Positions 1 through 10,004 are shown, counted from the first letter of the stretch. The stretch is DNA of 32,000 bases from Candidatus Methylomirabilis oxygeniifera (GCA_000091165.1 FP565575.1:2670001-2702000), one strand, 5' to 3'. Translations and numbers: made by a program. The notes: a model not told the origin generated them from the sequence alone.

Positions 1-155
1 TATTCACGTTCAAGAGCGGCAGGGACTATATCCTGTGGAAGATCGAACGACATTCCGGCATGAAAGTAGAAGTGCCGCCGTTCTACGAGCGTTACCCATG
101 GTTCGCAACGGCGTTGATCCTCGGAAGGCTCTATCGGCGCGGGGCGTTCCGTTAG
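1..155 (+). CDS. C-terminal fragment of a CDS entering from the left edge, unknown function (...FTFKSGRDYILWKIERHSGMKVEVPPFYERYPWFATALILGRLYRRGAFR*)
   Basis: Frame 3 is open from the window edge to TAG at 153-155, ends just before the next gene, and has protein-like composition. Confidence 0.55.
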   Translation, partial: FTFKSGRDYILWKIERHSGMKVEVPPFYERYPWFATALILGRLYRRGAFR

Positions 156-172
156 GGGACGATCGGTCAGCC

Positions 173-688
173 ATGAATCGCGTACCGGCTATCTTATCCA
201 GCCTTTTGCTCGCGTACCTGCTCTTACTGCCATGGAATGTGCAAGCCCTGATCGAAGCAACCGAGGGGGCATGCACCCGCACTTCCGCCGCCATCGATGT
301 TCGAGTACAGGGGGTGAGGAGCGATCGCGGCAACATTATGTTCGTCCTGTACGGCGACAATCCAGACGATTTTCTGGTAAAAGGGAAGAGGATCTTTAAG
401 CAACAGTTTGCCGCGAAGCGCGGAACCGTGGCGTTCTGCGTGATCGTCCAAAAGGCGGGCGCCTATGCCGCCAGTGTGTACCACGATGAAAACGGCAACA
501 AGAAATTTGATAGGAACTGGATCGGAATACCCGCCGAGGGCGCCGGTTTCTCGAATAATCCCACGCTGCTGTTAGGCCCACCCAGCCATGCGCAAGCGGC
601 GTTTCAGGTCTCGAACGGCCCCAAGCGCGTGGAGATCCAGCTCAATTATTCCATCGTATCCGGACGACAAAGCCCTAATCTGCCATAG
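173..688 (+). CDS. Secreted DUF2141-family protein
   Basis: Internal ATG at 173 gives a signal peptide (MNRVPAILSSLLLAYLLLLPWNVQA). The mature part has the DUF2141 pattern (GNIMFVLYGDNPDDF, GAYAASVYHDENGNKKFDRNWIGIPAEGAGFSNN). Confidence 0.85.
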   Translation: MNRVPAILSSLLLAYLLLLPWNVQALIEATEGACTRTSAAIDVRVQGVRSDRGNIMFVLYGDNPDDFLVKGKRIFKQQFAAKRGTVAFCVIVQKAGAYAASVYHDENGNKKFDRNWIGIPAEGAGFSNNPTLLLGPPSHAQAAFQVSNGPKRVEIQLNYSIVSGRQSPNLP

Positions 689-782
689 TCAAGGACCGGT
701 CGCTTTCGAAGTTGAAGATTGCCCCATATTCCAAAGTAGATTATCAACATGCACCAAAAGTATATGAATGGCGGCGCAGGAG

Positions 783-992
783 CTCCGGTACATGTTGGAG
801 AGGTTCAGTCCTCTGGCCGGAGGAATGAAGGTGTTACCGAAAGGTCATCTGCTTGCCGTTATCTCGATATGGGCGGGTAGGTATTAGGTTCCCCCGCGTA
901 CACTCCTTATTTCCGGGGAGAGGCGCACCCCGGCTGGCGAACGAGACGACTGCGCCCCACTATGGCTCGCGGGCCGCACGGCCCGCCTTTTT
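783..992 (+). promoter_or_regulatory. Candidate structured leader RNA: nested hairpin, possible H-type pseudoknot and terminator-like hairpin
   Basis: Complementary segments: CTCCGG 783-788 with CCGGAG 817-822; AGAGG 799-803 with CCTCT 810-814; CCGGGG 913-918 with CCCCGG 928-933; GGCGCA 922-927 with TGCGCC 951-956; GCGGGCC 969-975 with GGCCCGC 980-986, then CTTTTT. Confidence 0.4.
969..992 (+). terminator. Rho-independent terminator-like hairpin upstream of the 1007 CDS
   Basis: GCGGGCC-GCAC-GGCCCGC-CTTTTT, a perfect 7-bp GC-rich stem followed by a T-run. Confidence 0.65.
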
Positions 993-1006
993 ACGGAGGC
1001 TCCATA

Positions 1007-1450
1007 ATGTTGCAACAATGGGTGAGACTCGCTCTACTCCTCGCTTTGGTTGTGATGCTCCCACTTCTCGATCCGAATCCTGCACTTGCCGGTCAGGAGA
1101 TCACGGCCGCAGTCGCCTATGCGGGGAGCCCATCCTTTGCGGATACCATGGCAAATTCCCGAACTACTTTCGCCTCCAGCGACGGCATCAGCTTTGCGGC
1201 ATTCATCGATACCGATGGCCTGTCTTGGTCCTCAGTAACCATACAGGCGTATATCTTCGACCAACTGGGTAAACTGCGACATGTGGAAACCACCTCGTTT
1301 AGCAACTCGTTTAGTGGAGGGCTCTGGCGTTTGGGAGTGACCGTGGGCGCTGGAATACTTCCGACCGGACAGTATCGGTGGCTGGTGGCCGTGATCGGGA
1401 ATGACGGGACCACCTTTGCCTCGACGCTTCAACCTCTCGTAATTCAGTAG
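1007..1450 (+). CDS. Small secreted protein of unknown function
   Basis: ATG at 1007 with GGAGG-like SD; N-terminal signal peptide MLQQWVRLALLLALVVMLPLLDPNPALAG; full-length ORF. Confidence 0.7.
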   Translation: MLQQWVRLALLLALVVMLPLLDPNPALAGQEITAAVAYAGSPSFADTMANSRTTFASSDGISFAAFIDTDGLSWSSVTIQAYIFDQLGKLRHVETTSFSNSFSGGLWRLGVTVGAGILPTGQYRWLVAVIGNDGTTFASTLQPLVIQ

Positions 1451-2045
1451 CGGGGAGCGTAGTTGGGCTAATGAGGGTACAACAACACGAGCTGCCGGCA
1501 ATGCTCGCGCATGTACATCGTCACATGGCCCTTGTGGAGTAAGAGTTCGTTCCTCACCGCGGGCCAATCGTATCCTGGAGGCGACAATACGACGCGACTC
1601 AGTAGTACCCGGTTCATTTTAAGTACAACTTACGCAGAGTTTTTATTGATGGGGATTTCCGAGCATGTCAAGGTGTAAACCATTTCGAGCTACGTCAGAA
1701 AACTGTATCCTTATAACACAAGAAGTTACAAACCTCGAAATGCTGATGTTACATTTAACCGGACACTACTGGACGCGGCTATTTAATGAATATCGCGAAG
1801 ATCGCTCCGATAATGAGGAGAGCGATCAATGCCACGAACGGAAGAAGCAGCAGTGGGTAATCTCGAAGCTTGAGGCGCATACGATCTCCGAAGCTAAATA
1901 TTTAAGTGCTGTAGGCTGGGATGAGTGATGCGAATCCCGGCAGTTGGCTTACTTCCATCGATACGCCGCAACGTCCGGTGATACCGCCAAGGTCATTGAG
2001 CCAAGTTTCTCGTCTCAACCCAGACCTACTTGGCCTATTTGCTTA

Positions 2046-3578
2046 CTACCACCCGGTACGGCGGTCCAGGGTGCGGTACTGGATGGCCTCGGCCAGATGG
2101 TCGGTCCGGATCGTCTCGTGACCTTCGAGGTCGGCAATAGTACGAGCCACCTTGAGGATCCGATCGTGTGCCCGCGCGGACAGCCCGAGCCGCTCGATGG
2201 CGGTTTCCAGGAGCGCCTGTCCATCGGGTCCGATCTGACAGTGCCGCCGAAGCTGCTTCACGCCCATCTGGGCGTTACAGAAGGTCCGGGTTCGCCTGAA
2301 CCGCTCCTGCTGGAGAGCCCTGGCCTCCTTCACTCGCTCTCGTACCTGCTCAGAGGGTTCCCCCTGGGAATCGGTCGTAATTTCCCGATAACGCAGCGGC
2401 GGTACATCGAGGTGCAGGTCGATCCGGTCCAGCAGCGGGCCGGAAATCCGCGACCGGTACCGCTGAATCTGTGGAGGGGAGCAGGTGCACGGTCGCTGCG
2501 GGTCGGTGAAGTAGCCGCATGGGCAGGGATTCATGGCAGCGACTAGCATGAAACGAGCCGGATAGGTGACGGAAGTCGCCGCGCGCGCGATGGTCACCGT
2601 GCCGTCCTCCAGCGGCTGACGCAACACCTCCAGAACCGACCGCTTGAACTCCGGCAGTTCATCCAGGAAGAGAACCCCGTGGTGTGCCAGACTTACCTCG
2701 CCTGGGCGCGGGTTCGTGCCGCCGCCGATCAGCCCGGCATCCGAGATGGTGTGGTGAGGCGCCCGGAAGGGTCGCGTCGCGACCAGCGCCGCACGGGAAG
2801 GTACAAGGCCGCAGATGGAATGGATCTTTGTCACCTCGATCGCTTCCTCCAGGATCAGATCGGGCAGGATAGTGCCGAGTCGTTTGGCAAGCATCGTCTT
2901 GCCGGAGCCGGGCGGTCCGATGAAGAGGATGTTGTGGCCGCCGGCCGCCGCCACCTCAAGTGCCCGCTTTGCGTGGGCCTGTCCTTTCACATCGGCCAGA
3001 TCGACGCCGTAGCCGGCGTGCTGCGCAAAGACCTCCTGGAGATCGACCCGCGTGGGCGAAATCTCCTGCGCGCCGTTCAGAAACTCCACCACCTGCGGCA
3101 ACGTCTCAACCCCGAAGACCTGGATCCCCTCCACCACGGCCGCCTCTGGGGCATTCTCTGCAGGCAGGACCATCCCGGTCAATCGGGTGCGTGCGGCCGC
3201 GACCGCCATCGGCAGGGCGCCGTTGACCCCCCTGATACCGCCGTCCAGCGCCAATTCGCTCAGAAGCAGATGGTTCTGGAGCCGATCGGATTTAATCAGG
3301 CCTATGGCCGCCAGGATGGCGCAGGCGATAGGGAGGTCGAAACAGGCGCCCTCCTTCTTGATGTCGGCCGGCGCCAGGTTGACGGTGATCCGTCGTGCGG
3401 GAAAGTCGAAGCCGCAGTTCTTAATAGCTGCCCTCACCCGGTCACGGCTCTCTTTGACCGCCGCATCCGGCAGCCCGACGGTGTTGAAGTTGGGCAGGCC
3501 CTGGGCGATGTCGACCTCTACATCGACCAGATAGGCCTCGACCCCCAGCACTGCACTGGATAACACCTTGGCCAGCAT
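2046..3578 (-). CDS. comM: YifB/ComM-family Mg-chelatase-like AAA+ ATPase
   Basis: [48 protein letters not shown], Walker [20 protein letters not shown], and the C-terminal Mg_chelatase_C region. The ORF extends to 3668 but the homologous start is at 3578. Confidence 0.95.
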   Translation of the reverse strand: MLAKVLSSAVLGVEAYLVDVEVDIAQGLPNFNTVGLPDAAVKESRDRVRAAIKNCGFDFPARRITVNLAPADIKKEGACFDLPIACAILAAIGLIKSDRLQNHLLLSELALDGGIRGVNGALPMAVAAARTRLTGMVLPAENAPEAAVVEGIQVFGVETLPQVVEFLNGAQEISPTRVDLQEVFAQHAGYGVDLADVKGQAHAKRALEVAAAGGHNILFIGPPGSGKTMLAKRLGTILPDLILEEAIEVTKIHSICGLVPSRAALVATRPFRAPHHTISDAGLIGGGTNPRPGEVSLAHHGVLFLDELPEFKRSVLEVLRQPLEDGTVTIARAATSVTYPARFMLVAAMNPCPCGYFTDPQRPCTCSPPQIQRYRSRISGPLLDRIDLHLDVPPLRYREITTDSQGEPSEQVRERVKEARALQQERFRRTRTFCNAQMGVKQLRRHCQIGPDGQALLETAIERLGLSARAHDRILKVARTIADLEGHETIRTDHLAEAIQYRTLDRRTGW

Positions 3579-3588
3579 TCTGTCTCCG

Positions 3589-3978
3589 TCAAAAGAGGGC
3601 GGTTCCCTCACTGCCGAACGCATCCCGGATGAGAAGGATCTCAGGTCGCCCTGCCTGACTCCCTGCAAACGTTACGGCGACAACATCGAAGCGGCACGCT
3701 GCCCTAGAGAGTCTGTGACGCTGCAAAAACAGCTCCGCTACCTTGACGATCTGGTGCTGCTTCCGACGTGTGACCGAGGCTTGCGGCGGACCGAACTCTC
3801 CCGACGTGCGTGTCTTGACCTCTACGAATACCACGACGCCGCCGTCCTGCGCAATCAGGTCGATCTCGCCCAGTGGAGTTGCGTAGTTCTCGTGGAGGAT
3901 CCGGAATCCTTTGGCCTGCAGATACGCCTTCGCTGCGTGCTCTCCCTCTGCTCCCAGAGCCGACCGTCCGGTCGTCAT
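3589..3978 (-). CDS. yraN: UPF0102/YraN-family endonuclease-like protein
   Basis: [49 protein letters not shown] is the family signature; lies in the expected neighbourhood beside rnhB. Confidence 0.9.
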   Translation of the reverse strand: MTTGRSALGAEGEHAAKAYLQAKGFRILHENYATPLGEIDLIAQDGGVVVFVEVKTRTSGEFGPPQASVTRRKQHQIVKVAELFLQRHRLSRAACRFDVVAVTFAGSQAGRPEILLIRDAFGSEGTALF

Positions 3979-3991
3979 CCGCAGGCCTCCG

Positions 3992-4627
3992 TTACACGTA
4001 TTCCCGGACACCTTTGAAGCTTTTCCGATGGATAGGGCTCACACCGAACCGCGCAATGGTCGACAGATGTTCCGAGGTCCCGTACCCTTTGTGTCGGCCG
4101 AAGCCGTAGTGCGGGAGCGCCAGGTCGTACGCCCGCATGATCCGGTCCCGGGCAACCTTCGCAAGGATGGATGCCGCAGAGATGGAGAAGCAAAGACGAT
4201 CCCCGGAAGGGATCAATCGACAAGGGATGGCGCAGCGTGGGGATTGGTCGCCGTCGATCAGGACGAAACCGGGGGGTGGGTTCAACGCCTCGACGGCGCG
4301 CCGCATGGCAAGCATTGTTGCCTGGAGGATATTGAGGGCATCGATCATCTCCTCCTGGACCACGCCGAAGCCGACGGCGACCGCTTCGGACATGATCGCC
4401 AGGTCGAGTCGCTCGCGTTGCTGCGCGCTGAGCGCCTTGGAGTCATCCACCCCTTTGATCGCACACGTCGGCGAAAGAATCACGGCGGCAGCGACGACCG
4501 GCCCGGCCAGCGACCCGCGACCGGCCTCATCAACCCCCGCAATAAGGCGATACCCCGCAGCACGGAGACACGATTCCATCTCTACGGGCGGTACCGCAGC
4601 GATCCTCTTTACGTCAATACCGTTCAC
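3992..4627 (-). CDS. rnhB: Ribonuclease HII
   Basis: IAGVDEAGRGSLAGPVVAAAVIL and DDSKALSAQQRE motifs; GTG start at 4627. Confidence 0.95.
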   Translation of the reverse strand: MNGIDVKRIAAVPPVEMESCLRAAGYRLIAGVDEAGRGSLAGPVVAAAVILSPTCAIKGVDDSKALSAQQRERLDLAIMSEAVAVGFGVVQEEMIDALNILQATMLAMRRAVEALNPPPGFVLIDGDQSPRCAIPCRLIPSGDRLCFSISAASILAKVARDRIMRAYDLALPHYGFGRHKGYGTSEHLSTIARFGVSPIHRKSFKGVREYV

Positions 4628-4632
4628 TGTAG

Positions 4633-4699
4633 CCGTTCATGGTGAGCCCGTCGAACCAGGCACGGGAAAGCCGCCCTTCGACAAGCTCAGGGTGAACGG
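4633..4699. repeat. REP-like dyad, imperfect inverted repeat of the CCCTGAGC..GTCGAAGGG type
   Basis: CCGTTCATGGTGAGCCCGTCGAA (4633-4655) against the reverse complement of TTCGACAAGCTCAGGGTGAACGG (4677-4699), 18/23 matches. Confidence 0.75.
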
Positions 4700-4749
4700 A
4701 TTCGTGGGTGTAGTTATGAAGCGTTGCACGAAGTGAACAGAATTGCTCT

Positions 4750-5097
4750 TTACCTCAGCTTGCGCTCTGAGATCCGAGCGGCCTTGCCCTTCAGCTTCCG
4801 CAGGTAGTAGAGTTTGGCTCGACGGACACGACCCCGTCTTGTGCACTCGATCTTCTCGATCATAGGGGAATGGACAGGGAAGATGCGCTCCACGCCGACA
4901 CCGTACGTCACCTTGCGGACCGTAAAGGTGGCGCCAAGGCCGCTGCCGCGTTTGCGAATGACTGTCCCTTCAAAGGCCTGGAGTCGTTCCTTGTCCCCTT
5001 CCCGCACCTTCACCTGCACCTTAATCGTGTCGCCGGGCGAGAAGCTCAGGGTCTGCGCCTTCAGCGAGGGTACTTCGACGCTTCTGATGACATCCAT
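4750..5097 (-). CDS. rplS: 50S ribosomal protein L19
   Basis: [33 protein letters not shown]... [32 protein letters not shown]. The ORF extends to 5169; likely start is at 5097 (MDVIRSVE). Confidence 0.95.
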   Translation of the reverse strand: MDVIRSVEVPSLKAQTLSFSPGDTIKVQVKVREGDKERLQAFEGTVIRKRGSGLGATFTVRKVTYGVGVERIFPVHSPMIEKIECTRRGRVRRAKLYYLRKLKGKAARISERKLR

Positions 5098-5165
5098 ATT
5101 GCCGCCTCCACCGTACAAAACGTGCGAGCTATTTCGCACCGTACCAAAATCGACTCTCGAATCGT

Positions 5166-5906
5166 TCAACCGGTCCCTTGTTCTTCTTCGATCTCTCTCA
5201 GGAGATCACGATCCTCTTCGCTCAGCGACGCATGCTGCAGGAGATCGGGCCGACGCACCTTGGTGCGCCGGAGGGCTTCCTTCCGACGCCACCGCCTGAT
5301 CCGCTCATGGTCGCCGGACAACAACACGTCAGGAACCGCAAGCCCCTGCACATTCGGTGGCCGTGTATACTGTGGAAAGTCCAGCAACGCGTCCACAAAT
5401 GAGTCGTACCGGGCCGAGTCTTCATCGCCCAGCGCGCCGGGCAGTAACCGGATCACGGCATCCAGGAGCACAAGCGCCGGCAACTCTCCCCCTGTCAGGA
5501 CGTAGTCTCCAATCGAAATCTCGTCGGGCGACAGGAGGTCTCTCACCCGCTCATCGAACCCCTCGTACCGGCCGCAGACTAACAGCAGGTGCCGGTGCTC
5601 GATAAGCTCTCGGGCAATTGCCTGCTTAAACGGGCGACCCTGTGGGGTCAGGAGGACCAGATAAGACTCCGGTCCCTGTCGGAGGCTCTCGACCGCCTCA
5701 AAGATCGGCTCGGGTTTGAGCACCATGCCGGCGCCGCCCCCGTACGGCCGATCATCCACGACGGCATGGCGATCATGCGTATAGCCCCGAAGATCGTGAA
5801 CTGTGATCTGCACGATGCCGCGCTGCTGGGCTCGCTTGAGGATGCTTTCCGACAGAGGTCCCTGAAAAAAGCCAGGGAAGAGGGTGAGGATATCATATCG
5901 CCTCAG
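5166..5906 (-). CDS. trmD: tRNA (guanine37-N1)-methyltransferase, probably with a non-AUG (CTG) start
   Basis: [60 protein letters not shown]. The frame stays open upstream of the listed ORF and encodes [31 protein letters not shown], the typical TrmD N-terminus. Confidence 0.92.
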   Translation of the reverse strand: MRRYDILTLFPGFFQGPLSESILKRAQQRGIVQITVHDLRGYTHDRHAVVDDRPYGGGAGMVLKPEPIFEAVESLRQGPESYLVLLTPQGRPFKQAIARELIEHRHLLLVCGRYEGFDERVRDLLSPDEISIGDYVLTGGELPALVLLDAVIRLLPGALGDEDSARYDSFVDALLDFPQYTRPPNVQGLAVPDVLLSGDHERIRRWRRKEALRRTKVRRPDLLQHASLSEEDRDLLREIEEEQGTG

Positions 5907-6420
5907 TTTCGATCATCCCTTCCAGGAGATGGATCAGCATCATCTTCCGCGCAAGATCGACCTTTCTCACGACCTCCCTGGTGGCGGGCACCAGCCATTC
6001 GGAACCTCCACCGTGGACCACGTACACATCGTTGGCGCCCGTTTCCAGGATGTCGACGATCCGTCCAAGCTCTCGTCCGTCCTCCGTCACGACCCGAAGG
6101 CCGATGAGATCGGCATGGTAATACGTTCCATCCGGAAGCGTTGGAGCAGTCGATTTGGAGATGAGCAGCTCGCGGCCAACCAGTTGTTCCGCCTGCTCAA
6201 TCGTCTGTACGCCCCGTAACTGTAGAACCCAGGCGCGGCCTACCTGTCGAACCCGCTCTACGACGTACTCGACAAGGTCGCCTGTGGCCGCCCTGAGGTG
6301 CAGGGTCGCCGCCCCTGCTGCAATCACGATCGAGTCGGCGTAGGGCTGTACTTTTACTTCCCCATTCAGCCCCCAAGCCTTGACGACTCTCCCCAGCGCA
6401 AGGTGCGGCGCGTCATTCAC
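5893..6420 (-). CDS. rimM: 16S rRNA processing protein RimM
   Basis: [21 protein letters not shown], the PRC-barrel part [29 protein letters not shown] and GLLEGMI-type end; canonical neighbourhood. Confidence 0.93.
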   Translation of the reverse strand: MNDAPHLALGRVVKAWGLNGEVKVQPYADSIVIAAGAATLHLRAATGDLVEYVVERVRQVGRAWVLQLRGVQTIEQAEQLVGRELLISKSTAPTLPDGTYYHADLIGLRVVTEDGRELGRIVDILETGANDVYVVHGGGSEWLVPATREVVRKVDLARKMMLIHLLEGMIETEAI

Positions 6421-6705
6421 CTATTCCAGTATCTCCAGGACGGCCCGGCGCTTCGACCTCGCCGCGATGGCGTGCAACACTGTACGCATCGCCTTGGCGG
6501 TCCGGCCCTGCTTGCCGATGACTCTGCCGACATCGGAGGAGGCCACTCGCAGGCGGAGGACCATCGCGTTATCCTCCTCTGTCGCTTCGACGGTTACCTG
6601 ATCCGGACTGTCCACCAGCGCCCTGGCCATCCGTTCCACCAGCTCTTTGAGTGCCTGCGCTTCCTCCATTGGACTCTGATTCGGAACCGACGGACCGCCT
6701 TCCAT
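6421..6705 (-). CDS. khpA: KH-domain RNA-binding protein (KhpA/YlqC family)
   Basis: VGRVIGKQGRTAKAMRTVLHAIAARSKRRAVLEI; located between rpsP and rimM; AGGAGG upstream of the ATG at 6705. Confidence 0.9.
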   Translation of the reverse strand: MEGGPSVPNQSPMEEAQALKELVERMARALVDSPDQVTVEATEEDNAMVLRLRVASSDVGRVIGKQGRTAKAMRTVLHAIAARSKRRAVLEILE

Positions 6706-6744
6706 GTGTCCTCCTTCCGGTGCGTTGGCCCAACAACCCCAGCG

Positions 6745-7026
6745 TTATTGGCCCTTGCCGGCGGCTTTCAGCTCAGCCAACTGACGCATGACGCCTGCCC
6801 GACGCAAAAGCTGCCTGGCGCTGTCGGTAGGCTCAGCGCCCCGTTGCAACCAATGCAATGCGCGCTCGGCCTGTACGGACAGCGCAGGCGGATCGCCGTG
6901 AGGATCGTAGGTGCCCAGAGTCTCCAGGACCTTGCCGCCCACCGCGACCGGCGCATCTCCCACCACCAGGCGATAGAAGGGATGCGCCTTAGCCCCCATC
7001 CGCCGCAACTTAATCTTTACGGACAT
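6745..7026 (-). CDS. rpsP: 30S ribosomal protein S16
   Basis: VKIKLRRMGAKAHPFYRLVVGDA... LETLGTYDPHGDPPALSVQAERALHWLQRGAEPTD. Confidence 0.96.
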   Translation of the reverse strand: MSVKIKLRRMGAKAHPFYRLVVGDAPVAVGGKVLETLGTYDPHGDPPALSVQAERALHWLQRGAEPTDSARQLLRRAGVMRQLAELKAAGKGQ

Positions 7027-7081
7027 ATGTATCTCTCCCTTTTACTCTTCTGCGTCTCCCGCACAGGCAGTCTGCCCGGCG

Positions 7082-8425
7082 TCACACGCCCATGAAGGAC
7101 CGAAGGCGCTTTGCCATTTTTGCCTTCGCCCCGCTACCCCCAGGCATGACCCGTTTCATCAGTTTCCTGGCCTGGACAAACTGTTTGAGCAGACGATTCA
7201 CGTCTGCCACTGATGTGCCGCTTCCGGAGGCGACCCGTTGGCGTCGGCTCCCGTTCAGGATCTCGGGAACCTCCCGCTCCCTCCTGGTCATCGAGTTCAT
7301 AATCGCCTCGGCCCGCTTGAACTCCTGCTCTGCTGAAAAGGTGTCGGCCAGGCCCTTGTGCCGCGACAACCCCGGGATCATCTCCATCACCTGATCGAGG
7401 GGCCCGATATCCTTCAACTGCTGGAGTTGCAGACGAAAATCCTCCAGCGTAAAGCCCTCAGAACGAACCTTCCTGACAAGCTCCTGGGCCTGTTTCTGAT
7501 CGACCCTCGCCTGCGCCTTTTCCACGAGGGTCAGGATATCGCCCATCCCGAGGATCCGGGAAGCCAGTCGTTCGGGGTGGAACGGTTCAAGGGCATCCGG
7601 CTTCTCGCCGACACCGATGAACTTGATCGGCTTTCCCGTGACGGACCTGATCGAGAGGGCTGCGCCGCCTCTGGAATCCCCGTCCAACTTCGTGAGGATG
7701 AACCCTGTCAGGTCAAGATCCGCATTGAACCGGACGGCGGAATTGACCGCATCCTGTCCGGTCATGGCGTCGGCAACCATCAGCCGCTCGGTCGGTCCGG
7801 TGGCCGCGGCGATCGCCACCAGCTCCTGCATCAGCGGCTCATCGATATGGAGTCGCCCGGAGGTGTCAAGAATCACCGGATTCTGCCCGCGCTCCTTCGC
7901 CAGTTTTCTCGCCTCCTGGCACACCTGCAGCGCAGAACCCGGCCCCGCGTATACGGGCACCCCAAGGGCGCGTCCCAACGTCTGGAGCTGCTCCCTGGCC
8001 GCGGGTCGCACGGTATCGGCCGCCACCAGAAGCGGCGACCGCCCTTCCGACACGAACCATCGGGCCAGCTTCGCCGACGTGGTCGTCTTGCCGGATCCAT
8101 GCAGGCCGACCAGCATGATGGTGGTCGGGGAATCCGACGCATAGGTCAGCGGGGCGCGTGTCTTGCCCAGCACCTCGACCAGCTCTTCGTAGACGACCTT
8201 GACGACCTGCTGGCCTGGGGTTAGACTCTCTAACACGTCGCGGCCGACAGCACGTTCGCGGACGCGCTCAATGAATCCCTTGACGACCTTAAAATTGACA
8301 TCGGCTTCGAGGAGCGCAAGTCGCACCTCTCGAAGCGCCTCGGTGATGTTCTCCTCGGTGAGCCGCCCGTGGCCACGAAGCTTTTTCAGGACGCCGCTTA
8401 ATCGTTCTGTGAGCCCTTCAAACAC
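7082..8425 (-). CDS. ffh: Signal recognition particle protein Ffh (SRP54)
   Basis: MFEGLTERLSGVLKKLRGHGRLTEENITEALREVRLALLEADVNFKVV; GLHGSGKTTTSAKLA; DTAGRLH-like DTSGRLHID; methionine-rich M domain. Confidence 0.97.
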   Translation of the reverse strand: MFEGLTERLSGVLKKLRGHGRLTEENITEALREVRLALLEADVNFKVVKGFIERVRERAVGRDVLESLTPGQQVVKVVYEELVEVLGKTRAPLTYASDSPTTIMLVGLHGSGKTTTSAKLARWFVSEGRSPLLVAADTVRPAAREQLQTLGRALGVPVYAGPGSALQVCQEARKLAKERGQNPVILDTSGRLHIDEPLMQELVAIAAATGPTERLMVADAMTGQDAVNSAVRFNADLDLTGFILTKLDGDSRGGAALSIRSVTGKPIKFIGVGEKPDALEPFHPERLASRILGMGDILTLVEKAQARVDQKQAQELVRKVRSEGFTLEDFRLQLQQLKDIGPLDQVMEMIPGLSRHKGLADTFSAEQEFKRAEAIMNSMTRREREVPEILNGSRRQRVASGSGTSVADVNRLLKQFVQARKLMKRVMPGGSGAKAKMAKRLRSFMGV

Positions 8426-8502
8426 CTCCCACTCTACTCCTTCCGCAGCGCCTAAAAATAGTCCTCTCGCCGCCCCTTGTCAAGGTTAAAACTGCATAAC
8501 TG

Positions 8503-9027
8503 CTAGGGCGCGTGTTGGAGCCGGATCACAGACGTGCCTGCCGGCATGTCGTGCATGGCGCGTTTGTGCCGGGTCCAAGCGATCATCAGAAAACCAAGGC
8601 CGAAAAGCAGCAGCGAGAGCATCCAGCACAGTGAGCGAAGGAATGCCTTGCTGTAGGTTATTTCCCGACCGTCCATTCCGACGACCTTCAGGCGGAAGAG
8701 CATCTTTCCCGGCGTCTGCCCACACGATCCGACGAAGATGGTGAAATACACCACACCGCTGAACAGGACGATGGCCGCGCTTGTATAGCCGGCCAATGCG
8801 ATGACCTGGTCATTGATCTCGCCGCCCAACTGACCGCCGAAATAGATAGTTGTCAACGCAACAAACGTGAGAGCAATGGTAATTAACACGAGGCAGGTAA
8901 GATCGGCGATCCAGGCCGCCAGTCGAATCCAGAATCCGGCCTTACGCTCTTGAGGCCCTGCGATAATCTGCGCACTATCGATCGGTGCGGTAGAATCGCA
9001 GCATTCAACGTCACTCACCGCTCCCAT
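8503..9027 (-). CDS. RDD-family integral membrane protein
   Basis: RKAGFWIRLAAWIADLTCLVLITIAL..., CGQTPGKMLFRLKVVGMDG, KAFLRSLCWMLS, MIAWTRHKRAMHDMPAGTSVI. Confidence 0.88.
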   Translation of the reverse strand: MGAVSDVECCDSTAPIDSAQIIAGPQERKAGFWIRLAAWIADLTCLVLITIALTFVALTTIYFGGQLGGEINDQVIALAGYTSAAIVLFSGVVYFTIFVGSCGQTPGKMLFRLKVVGMDGREITYSKAFLRSLCWMLSLLLFGLGFLMIAWTRHKRAMHDMPAGTSVIRLQHAP

Positions 9028-9044
9028 GAATACCCGCCCACGTC

Positions 9045-9383
9045 TCAGCTCCTGCCTTTGGACACCTGTTCCGCACGCCTGCGTCCATCGGGCGTGTTCG
9101 CCAAAATGAGCGTTGCGCTTCCGCACGCTGGGCATACCTTCTTGCGGGTTGACTGGCGCCACAGGCTGTAGAGAAGGCCGGGAATGATAAACGCCAACCA
9201 CAGTACAATCTCGACGGCAAATGAGCCTTTGGCTTTTGATTGAGGTGTGTCAGTCTGAGCGCCGCAGGTTGTGCAGATCAGGGACTCCTCAGAGCGTCTT
9301 AACGACAGGACGGCGCGCACACCCACCACAAAGATCGCCACGACTGCCAGTAACGGAATCAGCCAACGGAGCACTTCCATCAA
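9045..9383 (-). CDS. Small membrane protein with two CxxC zinc-ribbon-like motifs
   Basis: ICTTCGAQ and VCPACGSATLI flanking a hydrophobic segment, plus an N-terminal TM helix. Confidence 0.7.
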   Translation of the reverse strand: MMEVLRWLIPLLAVVAIFVVGVRAVLSLRRSEESLICTTCGAQTDTPQSKAKGSFAVEIVLWLAFIIPGLLYSLWRQSTRKKVCPACGSATLILANTPDGRRRAEQVSKGRS

Positions 9384-9488
9384 GATATTCCTCCTTCACT
9401 CCAGCGTAAGGCGCGGTGGGCTTGACGATCATTCGACCGGTCCAGTTGTTCGGACTCGTGAAACATCTAAGAAACGTTGTGATTCTCT

Positions 9489-9522
9489 CGCCTTTGCGGG
9501 GAGTTGTCAAGATGTGCCATGA
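9489..9522. repeat. Short direct repeat, copy A
   Basis: cgcctttgcggggagttgtcaagatgtgccatga resembles cgcctttgcaaggacttgtcaagattcgccatga at 12102-12135. Confidence 0.5.
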
Positions 9523-9605
9523 TGCGGTGGTGACCTGGATATCGAGGCTATCTGTTGCCACGTCGCCTCAGATCTCTGGCAACGCGCTCGAAGGAGAGGT
9601 GTGAC

Positions 9606-10004
9606 TTAGATGAACACGGCGGGTGACACCTGAAACCGCTTTGCCAAAAGACGAACCTGCCGAATGTTCAATTCCCGCTTGCCATTCAGGATTTCGGATA
9701 CAACGCCCTGAGAGCCGATATCCGACAAGTCCGATTGGTTCAACCCATGCTCTTCCATGAACAACCGAAGCATGTCGGCTTCAGCACATTCAGGCATGGG
9801 ATGATGCGTTTCTTCGTAATCATGAATCAATGTGCCTAGCGTATCTAACAGCCCATACAGGGGATGACGCTCGTTATTACCGATTTCATCCAATAACTCG
9901 TTTAGCCGCTCAATCGCAGTATCATATTCACGCTCATTGCGAATCGTGAGGATAGAACGGATATTGGCCCAATGACTGTGGAGGTCTTTCGTGAGCGTGC
10001 TCAT
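9606..10004 (-). CDS. HigA-like XRE-family helix-turn-helix protein with no adjacent toxin gene
   Basis: LRLFMEEHGLNQSDLSDIGSQGVVSEILNGKRELNIRQVRLLAKRFQVSPAVFI is a HigA-type HTH. Confidence 0.8.
   Translation of the reverse strand: MSTLTKDLHSHWANIRSILTIRNEREYDTAIERLNELLDEIGNNERHPLYGLLDTLGTLIHDYEETHHPMPECAEADMLRLFMEEHGLNQSDLSDIGSQGVVSEILNGKRELNIRQVRLLAKRFQVSPAVFI

Noticed and set aside
1665-1928. 87-aa plus-strand ORF in the gap before comM
   Set aside because: No recognisable SD, signal or motif, and AT-richer unusual composition. It could be real but I cannot support it.
3911-4645. 244-aa plus-strand ORF opposite rnhB/yraN
   Set aside because: Shadow ORF opposite two recognisable genes.
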